Below, piece after piece: positions 30,821-40,637 of a stretch of DNA of 64,000 nucleotides. Source of the DNA: Candidatus Bathyarchaeota archaeon. GTDB lineage: Archaea > Thermoproteota > Bathyarchaeia > Bathyarchaeales > Bathycorpusculaceae. The DNA is taken from NCBI GenBank assembly GCA_963720565.1, contig CAVRFW010000001.1, forward strand, positions 22,823-86,822, read 5' to 3'. Numbering within the stretch: the stretch's first letter is position 1; the number at the start of each line of letters is the position of its first letter. A program made the translations under genes and the position numbers. The notes under the pieces were generated by a model. That model saw only the letters and a program-made list of their open reading frames with translations, did not search any database and had not been told where the DNA came from.

Positions 30821-31510
30821 ATGGAAAGCGAGCAAGACACATGGATAAGACGTTATAAGAGGGTTGAGATAGCTGAGCCAGTGGCTATTGTTGGATCACC
30901 TGGCTTGCGATCCATCGGCAAGCTGGTGGTTGAGAGCATCATCGCCGAAACTGAAGCACTGTTAATCGCCGAACTTTTTTCGACGCATCTACCCTCTGTC
31001 TATGAGACTTCACCTTCTTACGCGGCTAATCCATTATACCCCGGCTTCGCCGGTGCCATTGTAAAATCAGCGGAAGCGGATCTGCCTAAAATTCAGTTTT
31101 ACGCCTGTTCAAAACCTGATTTGATTCTTGTTGCCGGGTATCACCCAAACTTTGAAGGACAGTACGAAGTTGCTGAAAAAGTCGTTGATTTTCTTAGCGA
31201 AAACAATGTCAAAAGAATGATTGTGGCAGCCGGATATGGTTCAAATATTAAGAGCGTGGTCTGTGCTGCTAACAATTCCAAAATCATCAGTGAAATGAAA
31301 GAAAAATTCGGCATCGAAACCGGATATGAAGGACCGTTCATGGGCTTTTCAGGATTAGTCTTCGGTCTTGCCAAGCGCAAAAAAATTGACGCTCTGTGCC
31401 TTTTTGCGTCAACTACGCCAACAGAAAATGACCTCGAGTTACCCGACAAAGAGGCTTCGGATAGAATTTTGGAAAATCTGAGGAAAATGGTAAAGTTGAA
31501 CCATAACTAA
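30821..31510 (+). CDS. PAC2-family protein (second paralog)
   Basis: VGSPGLRSIGK, GQYEVAEKVV, GFSGLVFGLA, ALCLFAST, PDKEAS. Confidence 0.8.
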   Translation: MESEQDTWIRRYKRVEIAEPVAIVGSPGLRSIGKLVVESIIAETEALLIAELFSTHLPSVYETSPSYAANPLYPGFAGAIVKSAEADLPKIQFYACSKPDLILVAGYHPNFEGQYEVAEKVVDFLSENNVKRMIVAAGYGSNIKSVVCAANNSKIISEMKEKFGIETGYEGPFMGFSGLVFGLAKRKKIDALCLFASTTPTENDLELPDKEASDRILENLRKMVKLNHN

Positions 31511-31544
31511 TACACACTAAAGAAATGGACGCTAGTCACTTTTT

Positions 31545-32105
31545 TTACCGAGCAGATCGGGTGGATCCTTTTTTGATGTGCTCCTTTACGAGTTGAAGGA
31601 GTTGCTCTCCTTCTGTTGAAAGATGGATTATTGGAATTCCAAGTTCGGATTTTGGAGGATTGAGATCGGCAATAATACCTGTAATCGCAATTATTGGTTC
31701 GACGGTTTGTTCTAGCGTGCTCCTTAGATTAGCTTCATCCTTAGCGGTTACTATTTTTAGCACGTCTGCTCTCTTTGCTATGAGACTGTGAAATCCTTCA
31801 ATAAAGATTATGTCAAGTTTTTCTCGCTTCAGCAGCTCAATAACTTGGTCTAAATCATCTAGTGCATTGTCAGTTTTTTTAATCACCGCGATTTCTTCTG
31901 GCGAGATTGCAACTACTATTTTTGATCCTGCTTTGGCGTATCTCCACGTGTTTGTGCCTTCTTTGTCTATTGTGAAGCCTTCGCGGTGTATGTGTTTTAT
32001 TGCCCCGATTTTGTAGCCTTCAACGGAGAGATGGTTAATCAGGTATTCTAGCGTTGTTGTTTTTCCCGAGCCGCTGGTTCCAACTGCAGCGATAACAAAA
32101 ACCAA
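31545..32105 (-). CDS. mobB: Molybdopterin-guanine dinucleotide biosynthesis protein B
   Basis: GTSGSGKTT, GAIKH, DKEGTNT, DIIFIEGF. Confidence 0.9.
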   Translation of the reverse strand: MVFVIAAVGTSGSGKTTTLEYLINHLSVEGYKIGAIKHIHREGFTIDKEGTNTWRYAKAGSKIVVAISPEEIAVIKKTDNALDDLDQVIELLKREKLDIIFIEGFHSLIAKRADVLKIVTAKDEANLRSTLEQTVEPIIAITGIIADLNPPKSELGIPIIHLSTEGEQLLQLVKEHIKKGSTRSAR

Positions 32106-32217
32106 TTAAGTGTCCTCCAAAAAAGAAACAGTTTAGTCAGGATTAATAAACACCGCCACTTACCTGGTTATTTTACTCTGGAAAAACCTCTGTTGTGTCT
32201 ACTCTGCACGTCCGGCA

Positions 32218-33276
32218 TCATTGCTCAGAGAGTCTGCCCACGAGTTTTTCGCACCAGATCCTGTTCGATCTTGCACGTTCAGCTAGGAAAACTTGGGAGT
32301 TTTTCTCATACACTTCAGCTTCGAAGCCATAGTTAGCGGCTGCTCTCAATAGAGCTTTTTTTGCTCTTAATGCTTGGCTTGCCTCTTGTTCTGTCTTCAT
32401 CTGTTGGACACCTTTCAGCAGTGTTTTGCCTTCGTTTTCTCGACTTATAGCTATCCAGAAGAATAAACTGTCAGCCTCCAAGTTTTCTGCACATGAAGCG
32501 AAGGCTCGTGATGCGTTGTAGATTTCACCTTTCTCAGCCAGCACGGCGGCATCCCTCAGGCTTCTTAATTCCTCTGCTGGAAAAGTGCCCGAGTTTAGCC
32601 GCATGTTTCCAGTTGCAGCCCCTTGAACGTGGCGAGGTTGTAACCGAGCTAAATCCTCGCGTGAGTTTATGTTTACAAAGCTTCTGAGTTCAGGATCAAA
32701 CGTTTTAATCTCGGCGACCGTGGAAATAAACAAGACATCAAGTGCGCCTCGTATTATGCTATCAGACCGTGGTACACTCAGATTGCACAGTGTGCTCGCA
32801 ATTTCAAGAGCACTTTTCCTTTCGAGAGCCATGAGGAGCGTCTCCAGTCTCCCGTTTGGCCACATTGGGACAACCACGCGTGTGCCCTTCACCGTATTTA
32901 GCATGTATTCTATAACCTTGGGTTGTACGAACGGCATGTCGCATGGAAGTGTAAGGCAATAGTCTGCTTCTGCTAGTTTCAATCCTGTGTAAATTGCAAC
33001 GAGAGGTCCACCCAACTGGCCAATTTTCTCATCTACGAGTAGTCTGACATTTTGCAGATGATGCTTTCTCAAAATCTCAGAATATTGCGCTTTTCTGGTC
33101 TCATTGTCTACACTTATCACAATTTCGTCTACGAGGTTTTGAACGTTCTTAACAGCATGAATTAGAAGAGGCTTGCCAGATAGTTGAATAAGGGCTTTGT
33201 CTTGCCACTTTTGCTGTTCGCTTTGGAACCTGCTTGCCTTACCTCCTGCAAGGATAATGGCTGCTCGCTTGGTCAT
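32218..33276 (-). CDS. mobA: Molybdenum cofactor guanylyltransferase with C-terminal helical extension
   Basis: IILAGGKASRF, DKAL, GPLVAI, LPCDMPF, SFVNINSREDL; about 135 extra C-terminal residues. Confidence 0.88.
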   Translation of the reverse strand: MTKRAAIILAGGKASRFQSEQQKWQDKALIQLSGKPLLIHAVKNVQNLVDEIVISVDNETRKAQYSEILRKHHLQNVRLLVDEKIGQLGGPLVAIYTGLKLAEADYCLTLPCDMPFVQPKVIEYMLNTVKGTRVVVPMWPNGRLETLLMALERKSALEIASTLCNLSVPRSDSIIRGALDVLFISTVAEIKTFDPELRSFVNINSREDLARLQPRHVQGAATGNMRLNSGTFPAEELRSLRDAAVLAEKGEIYNASRAFASCAENLEADSLFFWIAISRENEGKTLLKGVQQMKTEQEASQALRAKKALLRAAANYGFEAEVYEKNSQVFLAERARSNRIWCEKLVGRLSEQ

Positions 33277-33554
33277 CGTTACTACCTTTTATCAGCGCAG
33301 CAAACGCTTTCTTCTGTTGGTCAATAGAGTCCTATGTACAATTTATTTGAATTGTCTCTGAGTCTTTCTTTTTCCCTTGAACAGCGAGAGTCGTTGTGAA
33401 ACGGGAGAGGCGAGTGTGAATTATTTATCGGAAGATAAATTGGAAAAGCTTGGTCAAGAAGCACAACATACTTTTCACAGCCAAATCACCACAGGATTGG
33501 ATATTGTGTAATGTTAATTAGGTTCAGAACCAAAGAAACAAGGTAAGTGAGACT

Positions 33555-34343
33555 GTGGTGCTTCAAGTCAATATCGTGAAATTAGATCTTCCCACAAGAA
33601 AGGCTCAAAAGACTGTCGATTATGTAGCTGAAGAAAAGCCATTTTACTTATTCGTTAACACAACTTTCTGGGCATCTATTCTGTGTTCGCCGACCGATCT
33701 TAAGGAATTGGCAGTCGGGCATCTTCTAGATGAAGGAGTAATTAATTCCATAGAAGAAATCGCAGAGGTTATTTTGAAAGAAACTGAGAGCGCCTGCACT
33801 GTGAAGTTGAGAAGTGAGGTTGATGTTGAAAATCGTGTCAGGCTTTCTAGGCTTCATACCCGTGTTATTACTTCGGCTTGTGGAGAGAGTTCACCTTATC
33901 AGTACGTAGGCATAACCCCCAGAGTAACGTCGAATCTAAGAGTTGATGCGCAGGTCATATTTGACAGCGTCAACCAGCTTAACTTTAAGGCTGAAGGATT
34001 CAGGCAGACTGGAGGTCTTCATTCTGCGGCGATTTACAGGAGTGACGGTTCTCTTATGGCGTTAGCTGAGGATGTAGGCAGGCATAATGCAGTGGACAAA
34101 GTGATAGGAAAAGCCGCCTTAAACAAGGTTAATTTCAAAGAGTGCTTCATAGCGTTGAGCGGTCGCATGTCAGGTGATGTCGCTTTCAAGGCGGCAAAAG
34201 TGGGTTTGCCAATTGTAGCCTCAATTGCAGCGGCACTATCTTCGGGATTAGTGTTGGCTGAAGCGGCAAACCTTACGCTAGTCGGATTTGTTCGGGGCAA
34301 GCGCATGAACATCTACACATGTGTGGAAAGAATAGTCATTTGA
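33555..34343 (+). CDS. fdhD: Formate dehydrogenase accessory sulfurtransferase
   Basis: ELAVGHL, SACG, TGGLHSAA, EDVGRHNAVDKVIG, SGR, TLVGFVR. Confidence 0.95.
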   Translation: MVLQVNIVKLDLPTRKAQKTVDYVAEEKPFYLFVNTTFWASILCSPTDLKELAVGHLLDEGVINSIEEIAEVILKETESACTVKLRSEVDVENRVRLSRLHTRVITSACGESSPYQYVGITPRVTSNLRVDAQVIFDSVNQLNFKAEGFRQTGGLHSAAIYRSDGSLMALAEDVGRHNAVDKVIGKAALNKVNFKECFIALSGRMSGDVAFKAAKVGLPIVASIAAALSSGLVLAEAANLTLVGFVRGKRMNIYTCVERIVI

Positions 34344-34373
34344 CAGGCGATCTGGGATTGCAGACAAGCGGTT

Positions 34374-34396
34374 TATCTCGAAATTTTTTCGAGATA
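34374..34396. promoter_or_regulatory. Perfect 10-bp inverted repeat upstream of the fwd operon
   Basis: TATCTCGAAA-ttt-TTTCGAGATA, about 75 nt upstream of a CTTAAATA TATA-like box. Confidence 0.4.
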
Positions 34397-34516
34397 TGAC
34401 GGTTGAATGTATAGTGTTTGTGCTTCTGGAATGTTATTTTTGAGGTTAAAATCGCGGATTTTCAAACTTACTCTTAAATATTAGCATTTTAATTCGTATT
34501 ACAAAGGTTGGACCTC

Positions 34517-34918
34517 ATGGTGCAGCAAAAGTTGCAGGTAACCTTGCTTACTGGAAGAACAATTGAGCAGGGTGTAGGCAAAGAAGCAGGAAAAGGCTCG
34601 AAGGAATATTTTGAGAGCACTACGATGTGTTACATGGACGCAAGTGACATGAAAAAGATGGGTATTAAGAACAATACCAACATACTTGTGACCACTGCGA
34701 ACGGTTCTGTTGTGCTTAAAGCTGTCAAATACCCCAGAGGCGCTATGCCGGGTTTGATCTACATTCCTTATGGACCTTGGGCTAACGCGATCTGTAGTAG
34801 CGAGACCAACGGAATCGGAATGCCATCGTTTAAGGGCAACCCTGCCGAGGTTGAACCAGCCCCCGACCAGAACGTCCTAAGCATGGAAGAACTTCTTAGA
34901 AGCGAGTTTGGAAGGTAG
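34517..34918 (+). CDS. fwdD: Formylmethanofuran dehydrogenase subunit D
   Basis: LLTGRTIEQG, YIPYGPWAN, GMPSFKG. Confidence 0.93.
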   Translation: MVQQKLQVTLLTGRTIEQGVGKEAGKGSKEYFESTTMCYMDASDMKKMGIKNNTNILVTTANGSVVLKAVKYPRGAMPGLIYIPYGPWANAICSSETNGIGMPSFKGNPAEVEPAPDQNVLSMEELLRSEFGR

Positions 34919-34923
34919 AAATA

Positions 34924-36387
34924 ATGGCAATAGTTAATTTCGTAACTTGTCCAGTCTGCGGTTGTTTATGCGACGATATTGAACTAACCATCGAGGAAGG
35001 AAAAGTCGTCAAGGTGAAAAATGGTTGCGCTATGTGTGAGTCGAAATTCCTAGGATACAAGAACGAACACCGGAACAAGACACCATTAATGCGTAAGGAG
35101 GGCAAGTTAGTTCCTGTTTCGTATGAAGAGGCGATACATAAATCCGCGGAGATTCTTGCCAATGCCAACTATCCTATTTTGTATGGTTGGAGTTCCACTG
35201 ACTGCGAAGCTCAACGTGTCGGCGTTGAGCTAGCGGAAGAAGTAGGAGGGGTTCTCGATAACACATCTTTGGTCTGCCATGGGCCTTCAATCTTGGCCGT
35301 CCAAGAAGTAGGCATCCCAACATGTACGTTGGGGCAGATTCGGCACCGCGCCGACTTAATAATCTATTGGGGATGTGACCCATGGAGTGCACATCCAAGG
35401 CATCTTGAGCGTTACACGAGCTTCACAGACGGCAGGTTTGAAGGAAGCGAATGGAAAAGCTACATTAACAAAGTTAAGGCTTCAGCTGGAAAAAAGAAAC
35501 TGCACAGCCTTGAAAGGAAAGGCGTATTGAAACACCCTGTGGAAATCGTAGCTGAGACTTCACAGGTAAACAAGCCTCCAGAGACATTAAGCAAGAAAGG
35601 GCGAAAGCTGATAGTTATCGACGTAAGAAAAACGATGACGGGAGAAATTGCTGATTACTTCATGCAAGTTGAACAGGGTAAAGACTACGAGTTGATGCTG
35701 GCCATTCGGGCTTTAGTCAAAGACCAAGAGCTGGATGTTGACCAAGTTGCGGGCGTTCCAGTAGAATACATACAAGAGCTGGTCGATGCAATGTTAAATT
35801 GCGATTTCGGTGTTATCTTTTTCGGCATGGGACTAACCCAAAGCGCCGGCAAGTTCCGCAATGTAGATGTCGCCATATCATTGATTCGGGACTTAAACAA
35901 ACGAACGAAATTTGCTATACTACCGATGAGAGGACACTTTAACGTGACTGGTGCAGACACAGTGTCAACTTGGCAGACCGGTTATCCGTATGCAGTTGAC
36001 ATGTCTCTTGGTTACCCACGTTACAATCCCGGCGAAACCAGTGTTACGGATATCTTGCTTCGAAAAGAGTCAGACGCTGCCCTGGTGATTGCTTCAGACC
36101 CAGGCAGCAATTTTCCACGCGAAGCAGTTAAGCAGCTAGTTGCTAACCCGCTTATTGTCATTGACCCACACATGAATGTTACAGCTCTATTAGGTGACGT
36201 TGTTTTTCCTTCGGCAATTGTGGGAATAGAAAAAGCGGGAAGCGCATACCGCATGGATCATGTTCCTCTCCCTCTTAAGAAGGTAGTTGAGCCTCCCGAA
36301 GGGATGCTTTCGGACGAGGAAGTCTTGTTAAGGATTCTTGAAGAAGTCAGATTGATAAAGGCACAGAAAATGAGAGAGGCAGCGTAA
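34924..36387 (+). CDS. fwdB: Formylmethanofuran dehydrogenase subunit B (Cys ligand)
   Basis: CPVCGCLCDD, VCHGPS, CTLGQIRHRAD, HPRH, PMRGHFNV, YRMD. Confidence 0.95.
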   Translation: MAIVNFVTCPVCGCLCDDIELTIEEGKVVKVKNGCAMCESKFLGYKNEHRNKTPLMRKEGKLVPVSYEEAIHKSAEILANANYPILYGWSSTDCEAQRVGVELAEEVGGVLDNTSLVCHGPSILAVQEVGIPTCTLGQIRHRADLIIYWGCDPWSAHPRHLERYTSFTDGRFEGSEWKSYINKVKASAGKKKLHSLERKGVLKHPVEIVAETSQVNKPPETLSKKGRKLIVIDVRKTMTGEIADYFMQVEQGKDYELMLAIRALVKDQELDVDQVAGVPVEYIQELVDAMLNCDFGVIFFGMGLTQSAGKFRNVDVAISLIRDLNKRTKFAILPMRGHFNVTGADTVSTWQTGYPYAVDMSLGYPRYNPGETSVTDILLRKESDAALVIASDPGSNFPREAVKQLVANPLIVIDPHMNVTALLGDVVFPSAIVGIEKAGSAYRMDHVPLPLKKVVEPPEGMLSDEEVLLRILEEVRLIKAQKMREAA

Positions 36388-36388
36388 A

Positions 36389-38080
36389 ATGGAATTGCTA
36401 ATTAGGAATGGATTCGTCTTCGATCCAATAAACGGCATAAATGGAGAAAAGATGGATATTGCCATAAAAAATGGCAAGATCGTTGAGAAGGTAAATGAAC
36501 ACAAGGCCAAAAAGCTGGATGCTACGGGATTGACGGTGATGCCCGGCGGCGTCGACATTCACACTCACATAGCAGGAGCAGAAGTCAACACTGGCAGATT
36601 AATGCGACCAGAAGATCACATAAAAGACACGGAACGCAAGACGACTCTAACAAGGTCTGGTGTGGGATATTCAATTCCGTCAACATTCACTACAGGTTAT
36701 CGTTACTCGCGCATGGGCTACACCACTATTATGAACCCGTCTATGCCGCCTCTGGAAGCTAAGCACACGCATGAAGAATTAAGTGACACACCCATGCTGG
36801 ATAAAGCCACCTATCCTCTGCTGGGAGACTGGTGGATGGTTCTGGAGTACTTGGCAAAAGGCGATTTGACCGAATGCGCAAAATACGTGGCTTGGATGAT
36901 AGGCATATCAAAGGGTTACGCAATAAAGATTGTTAATCCTGGCGGACTAGAGTCGTGGGGTTTCGGAAGGAACGTTCACAGCATAGATGATCAGGTTCCC
37001 AACTTCGGGATTACACCAAGAGAGATAATGTGTGGTTTGGCAAAAGTCAACAAGATGCTGAATTTGCCGCACACTATTCATCTTCACACTAACAACCTCG
37101 GTTTACCGGGAAACTATGCCACTACTCTTGATACGATGAGGGCTCTGGAAAGTGTGCCTTCAGATGGAAAACCGGTTGCTCACATAACTCATTTGCAGTT
37201 TAGCAGTTTCGCAGGCGATGGATGGGGAAACATGAGGTCTGGAGCTGAGGAAATCTCAAGCTACATAAACGCTCACAGCCACATGACATTTGACATGGGG
37301 CAAGTCATTTTTACAGACACAACTACCATGACTGCGGATGGTCCTTTTGAATACACACTTTATGAGCTGAGTGGACACAAATGGGTTAACGGAGACGTGG
37401 AGACGGAAACAAGCGGAGGCATCATACCGTTTCATTACAAACGCAACAATGCTGTTAACGCTACGCAATGGTCTATAGCTTTGGAGCTTGCCCTGATGAT
37501 TAATGACCCCTGGAAAATGTTCCTAACCACAGATCACCCCAATGGTGGACCATTCTTTGCTTATCCGAAGATTATTGCTTGGTTAATTAGCAATAAAGCG
37601 CGCATGGCAACGCTGAACAAATGTCACAAGAAAGCGCAGAAGAAAAGTCTTCTTCCTTCCATTAAGCGTGAATTGAGCCTTTACGAATTGGCTATAGTAA
37701 CTCGGGCTGGGCAAGCAAAGGCTTTGGGACTAACGCACAAGGGACACTTGGGTGTTGGCGCCGATGCAGACGTTGCCATATATAACGTGAACCCTGAGGA
37801 TACGGATATAGCTCGGAAATACAAAACGGTGCGAAAGGCCTTCCGCAACTCTGCTTACACGATTAAGGACGGAAAGGTTGTTGTGAAGGATGGAGAGATA
37901 ATTCAGCATGTTGACGGTAGAACGATGTGGCTTGACGTGCAGACTTCAGAACAGATAAAGGTTGACGAAGAGTTAAAAAGAAGGTTTAAGGAATACTGGA
38001 CGGTTGAATTCGAAAACTACCCTGTCAGCACCCATTACTTGAAAGCTTCAGATCCAATAACAATAAAGGCAGATGTGTAA
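36389..38080 (+). CDS. fwdA: Formylmethanofuran dehydrogenase subunit A
   Basis: DIHTHIAG, KIVNPGG, HLHTNNLG, HITHLQF, TTDHPNGGPF. Confidence 0.96.
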   Translation: MELLIRNGFVFDPINGINGEKMDIAIKNGKIVEKVNEHKAKKLDATGLTVMPGGVDIHTHIAGAEVNTGRLMRPEDHIKDTERKTTLTRSGVGYSIPSTFTTGYRYSRMGYTTIMNPSMPPLEAKHTHEELSDTPMLDKATYPLLGDWWMVLEYLAKGDLTECAKYVAWMIGISKGYAIKIVNPGGLESWGFGRNVHSIDDQVPNFGITPREIMCGLAKVNKMLNLPHTIHLHTNNLGLPGNYATTLDTMRALESVPSDGKPVAHITHLQFSSFAGDGWGNMRSGAEEISSYINAHSHMTFDMGQVIFTDTTTMTADGPFEYTLYELSGHKWVNGDVETETSGGIIPFHYKRNNAVNATQWSIALELALMINDPWKMFLTTDHPNGGPFFAYPKIIAWLISNKARMATLNKCHKKAQKKSLLPSIKRELSLYELAIVTRAGQAKALGLTHKGHLGVGADADVAIYNVNPEDTDIARKYKTVRKAFRNSAYTIKDGKVVVKDGEIIQHVDGRTMWLDVQTSEQIKVDEELKRRFKEYWTVEFENYPVSTHYLKASDPITIKADV

Positions 38081-38894
38081 CATGATAACCCTAACGCCTG
38101 CTAAAGAATTCAAGTTCCCAGTAATAGCAGAATGCATCAACCCTGATGTTTTTCAATGCAAATCTGCTAAGGAAATATCTGAACTAAGCGTTTGGGAAGG
38201 GAACAAAGAGAAGAAGCTTGCTGATCTTTTCAAGATTGAGGAGACACCTGAGGAAACACCGAACATAACCATAAGCGGCAATGTGGAAAAGGTTCGCCAT
38301 ATAGGTTCAGGTATGAAAAACGGCGAAATACTGATCAACGGAAACGTGGGATTCCACTTAGGAGAAAAAATGTCTGGCGGAAAGATTACCGTACACGGTG
38401 ACGCAGCTGGATGGATAGGCTCCGACATGAAAAAAGGCCTCATTGAAATCATGGGAAACGCAGGGCCCTATCTGGGTTCACCCAATCGAGGAAGCAGTAC
38501 AGGGATGCGCGGAGGAAAAATAATTGTTCATGGAAACGTGGGATCCGACTCTGCAGTCTATATGAAAGGCGGTACAATCAAGATTCTAGGTGATGCAGGT
38601 CCATTTCTGGGTTTTCGCATGTGTGATGGTACTGTGCATGTAGCTAAAAACTCTGGAACACGAGTTGGAGCTTGTATGTCAGGAGGCAAAATCGTGGTAT
38701 CAGGGGTCTTAGAAGAAGTGTTACCTACTTTCACTATTGACAGCATAAAAGCTAAGGTCAAGATTGAAGAGGGCGATTCCGCATCAGGACCATTCTATGT
38801 ATTCCTTGGCGATTTAGCTGAGAATGGCAGGGGCAAACTCTTCATTTCAAAAACGAACAATCCCCAATTAATCCCATATGAGCGATTCCTATAG
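38073..38894 (+). CDS. fwdC: Formylmethanofuran dehydrogenase subunit C
   Basis: Repeated GxxMxGGxIxVxG beta-helix motifs; FLGDLAENGRGKLF. Confidence 0.95.
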   Translation: MCNMITLTPAKEFKFPVIAECINPDVFQCKSAKEISELSVWEGNKEKKLADLFKIEETPEETPNITISGNVEKVRHIGSGMKNGEILINGNVGFHLGEKMSGGKITVHGDAAGWIGSDMKKGLIEIMGNAGPYLGSPNRGSSTGMRGGKIIVHGNVGSDSAVYMKGGTIKILGDAGPFLGFRMCDGTVHVAKNSGTRVGACMSGGKIVVSGVLEEVLPTFTIDSIKAKVKIEEGDSASGPFYVFLGDLAENGRGKLFISKTNNPQLIPYERFL

Positions 38895-38905
38895 GTCGTG
38901 GCGCC

Positions 38906-39901
38906 ATGCATGAAGCATTAAGCATTAACAACCTGTCTCTGAAACTTGTCAGGAAACTTCTGGATAATCAAGCTTTTTATGGCGTTCACTCTTCCCAGAC
39001 GAGCACGGGCGCCACTGTCATCGACGCAGGAGTGAAGGTTCCAGGAGGTTTTCAGGCTGGAAAGATACTGACTGAAATCTGCTTGGGAGGCGCAGGAAAA
39101 GCTCAGTTAGGATTAAGAGAGTACGGTGAACTGACGCTACCTTCCATTACCGTATCTTCGGATCATCCTGCTGTTGCAGCTTTGGCTTCGCAGTTTGCAG
39201 GTTGGCGCATAAAAGAACCCGACGGGTCGATAGCAATTGGATCTGGTCCTGCACGTGCATTGGCGCTGAAACCAAAAGAAATTTACGAGGAATTGGGGTA
39301 CACTGACGCTTCGGACAAGGCGGTATTGACGCTGGAGAGCAACAACCTCCCTTCTGACGCGCTCATCGAGAAGGTCTCCAACGCCTGTAAGATAAAACCT
39401 GAAAATTTTTTCGTCGTTGTTGCACCAACAGCGAGCATAGCGGGGCTGACGCAAGTCACAGGCAGAATAGTAGAGACTGGTATTCACAAGCTCAGAACGC
39501 TTGGTTTAAACCCAAAGTCAATACGTTATGCTATGGGCTATGCACCTATTCCTGCGCAATGCGGCGAGTTTGAGGTAGCTATGGCGAGGACAAACGACGC
39601 CATACTCTACGGTGGCACGGTCTACTGCATAGTAGACTACAATGACGAGGCAGCTCTGAAGAGAATGGTTGAACAGGCTCCTTCCAACATGTCAAAAGAC
39701 TACGGCAAACCATTCCTTCAGATTTTTCAAGAGGCTGACCGCGACTTCTACAAGATAGACCACAACCTATTTGCGCCCTCAACACTGCTGGTGAATAACG
39801 CGAAAACAGGCAAAGTGTTTAGGGCTGGCGAAATCAACCCTGAGATTCTTGCTGAGTCATTAGGGTTTCAATCCGATTCTCTTATTTGTCGAAAAGGCTA
39901 A
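38906..39901 (+). CDS. mch: Methenyltetrahydromethanopterin cyclohydrolase
   Basis: IDAGV..PGG, EICLGG, SQFAGW, GSGPARAL, RIVETG, ARTNDAILYGG, DFYKID..LFAP. Confidence 0.96.
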   Translation: MHEALSINNLSLKLVRKLLDNQAFYGVHSSQTSTGATVIDAGVKVPGGFQAGKILTEICLGGAGKAQLGLREYGELTLPSITVSSDHPAVAALASQFAGWRIKEPDGSIAIGSGPARALALKPKEIYEELGYTDASDKAVLTLESNNLPSDALIEKVSNACKIKPENFFVVVAPTASIAGLTQVTGRIVETGIHKLRTLGLNPKSIRYAMGYAPIPAQCGEFEVAMARTNDAILYGGTVYCIVDYNDEAALKRMVEQAPSNMSKDYGKPFLQIFQEADRDFYKIDHNLFAPSTLLVNNAKTGKVFRAGEINPEILAESLGFQSDSLICRKG

Positions 39902-39925
39902 AGGCGCTACTGCCCCCAGCGCTTC

Positions 39926-40507
39926 TTAGTTTTCCTGGTTCGTACTTGTTCTTACAAAATGGGCTTTTATGAAGTCGTTGAAGCCTTTGTTGCCGACGAG
40001 AGCAGCCATTATAAAGCTCATTATGACAACTTCAATTATCGCTTTTATCATTATAGTCGCAATTATTGCTGTCCCGATTTGTTGTTCCATGAAAAGCGGC
40101 AATAGATATGAGAAATAGATGTACGTGAACACGCCTTCTGGGATGTAGGAAGCAAGGGTTGTCGGAACCGTTATGATTGAAGCGTGGTTTCTCTGATGTA
40201 TATTGACAACCTTTCCTAGAAGTGCCATTGTTAGTCCGGTCAGGGCTTTTCCTACGGGCAAGCCAATCAAGCCAAGAACGCCTCCTGTTCCAAGTGGACC
40301 GTACATGAGGCCAGGCAGTAATCCCGCGATTGCTCCTGCTGTTATTCCGGCGACAGGTCCTCCGTATAGTCCTGCTATCAAGACTGCGATGAGAGAGAAA
40401 TCAAAGGATACTCCTGGAGCTATTTGACCTACAACGTATGAAAGTAGGAAAAGGACGTTTCCGAGGGCACCCATCATAATAGCTAGCGTGAGTTTCTTGG
40501 GGTTCAT
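39926..40507 (-). CDS. ECF transporter S component (substrate unknown)
   Basis: About 190 aa, about 6 TM, FDFSLIAVLIAGLYGGPVAG pattern; GGAG SD. Confidence 0.65.
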   Translation of the reverse strand: MNPKKLTLAIMMGALGNVLFLLSYVVGQIAPGVSFDFSLIAVLIAGLYGGPVAGITAGAIAGLLPGLMYGPLGTGGVLGLIGLPVGKALTGLTMALLGKVVNIHQRNHASIITVPTTLASYIPEGVFTYIYFSYLLPLFMEQQIGTAIIATIMIKAIIEVVIMSFIMAALVGNKGFNDFIKAHFVRTSTNQEN

Positions 40508-40637
40508 GTTAAACTCCTTCTTATTGAGAGACCTAATTATTTAAGAGTAGCTACTTAAAAAAGAGTAGACATTTTGTTGATAATTCAGCCTAAAATTGAT
40601 AAACAAGACTCAACATATTATGTTGAAGTGAAGAGCC

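Noticed and set aside
35260..35290. Possible selenocysteine in FwdB
   Set aside because: The ligand codon is TGC (VCHGP) and the ORF has no in-frame TGA
34517..39901. Evidence for methanogenesis
   Set aside because: Fwd and Mch also serve acetogenic or oxidative C1 metabolism; no mcr or mtr genes in the window
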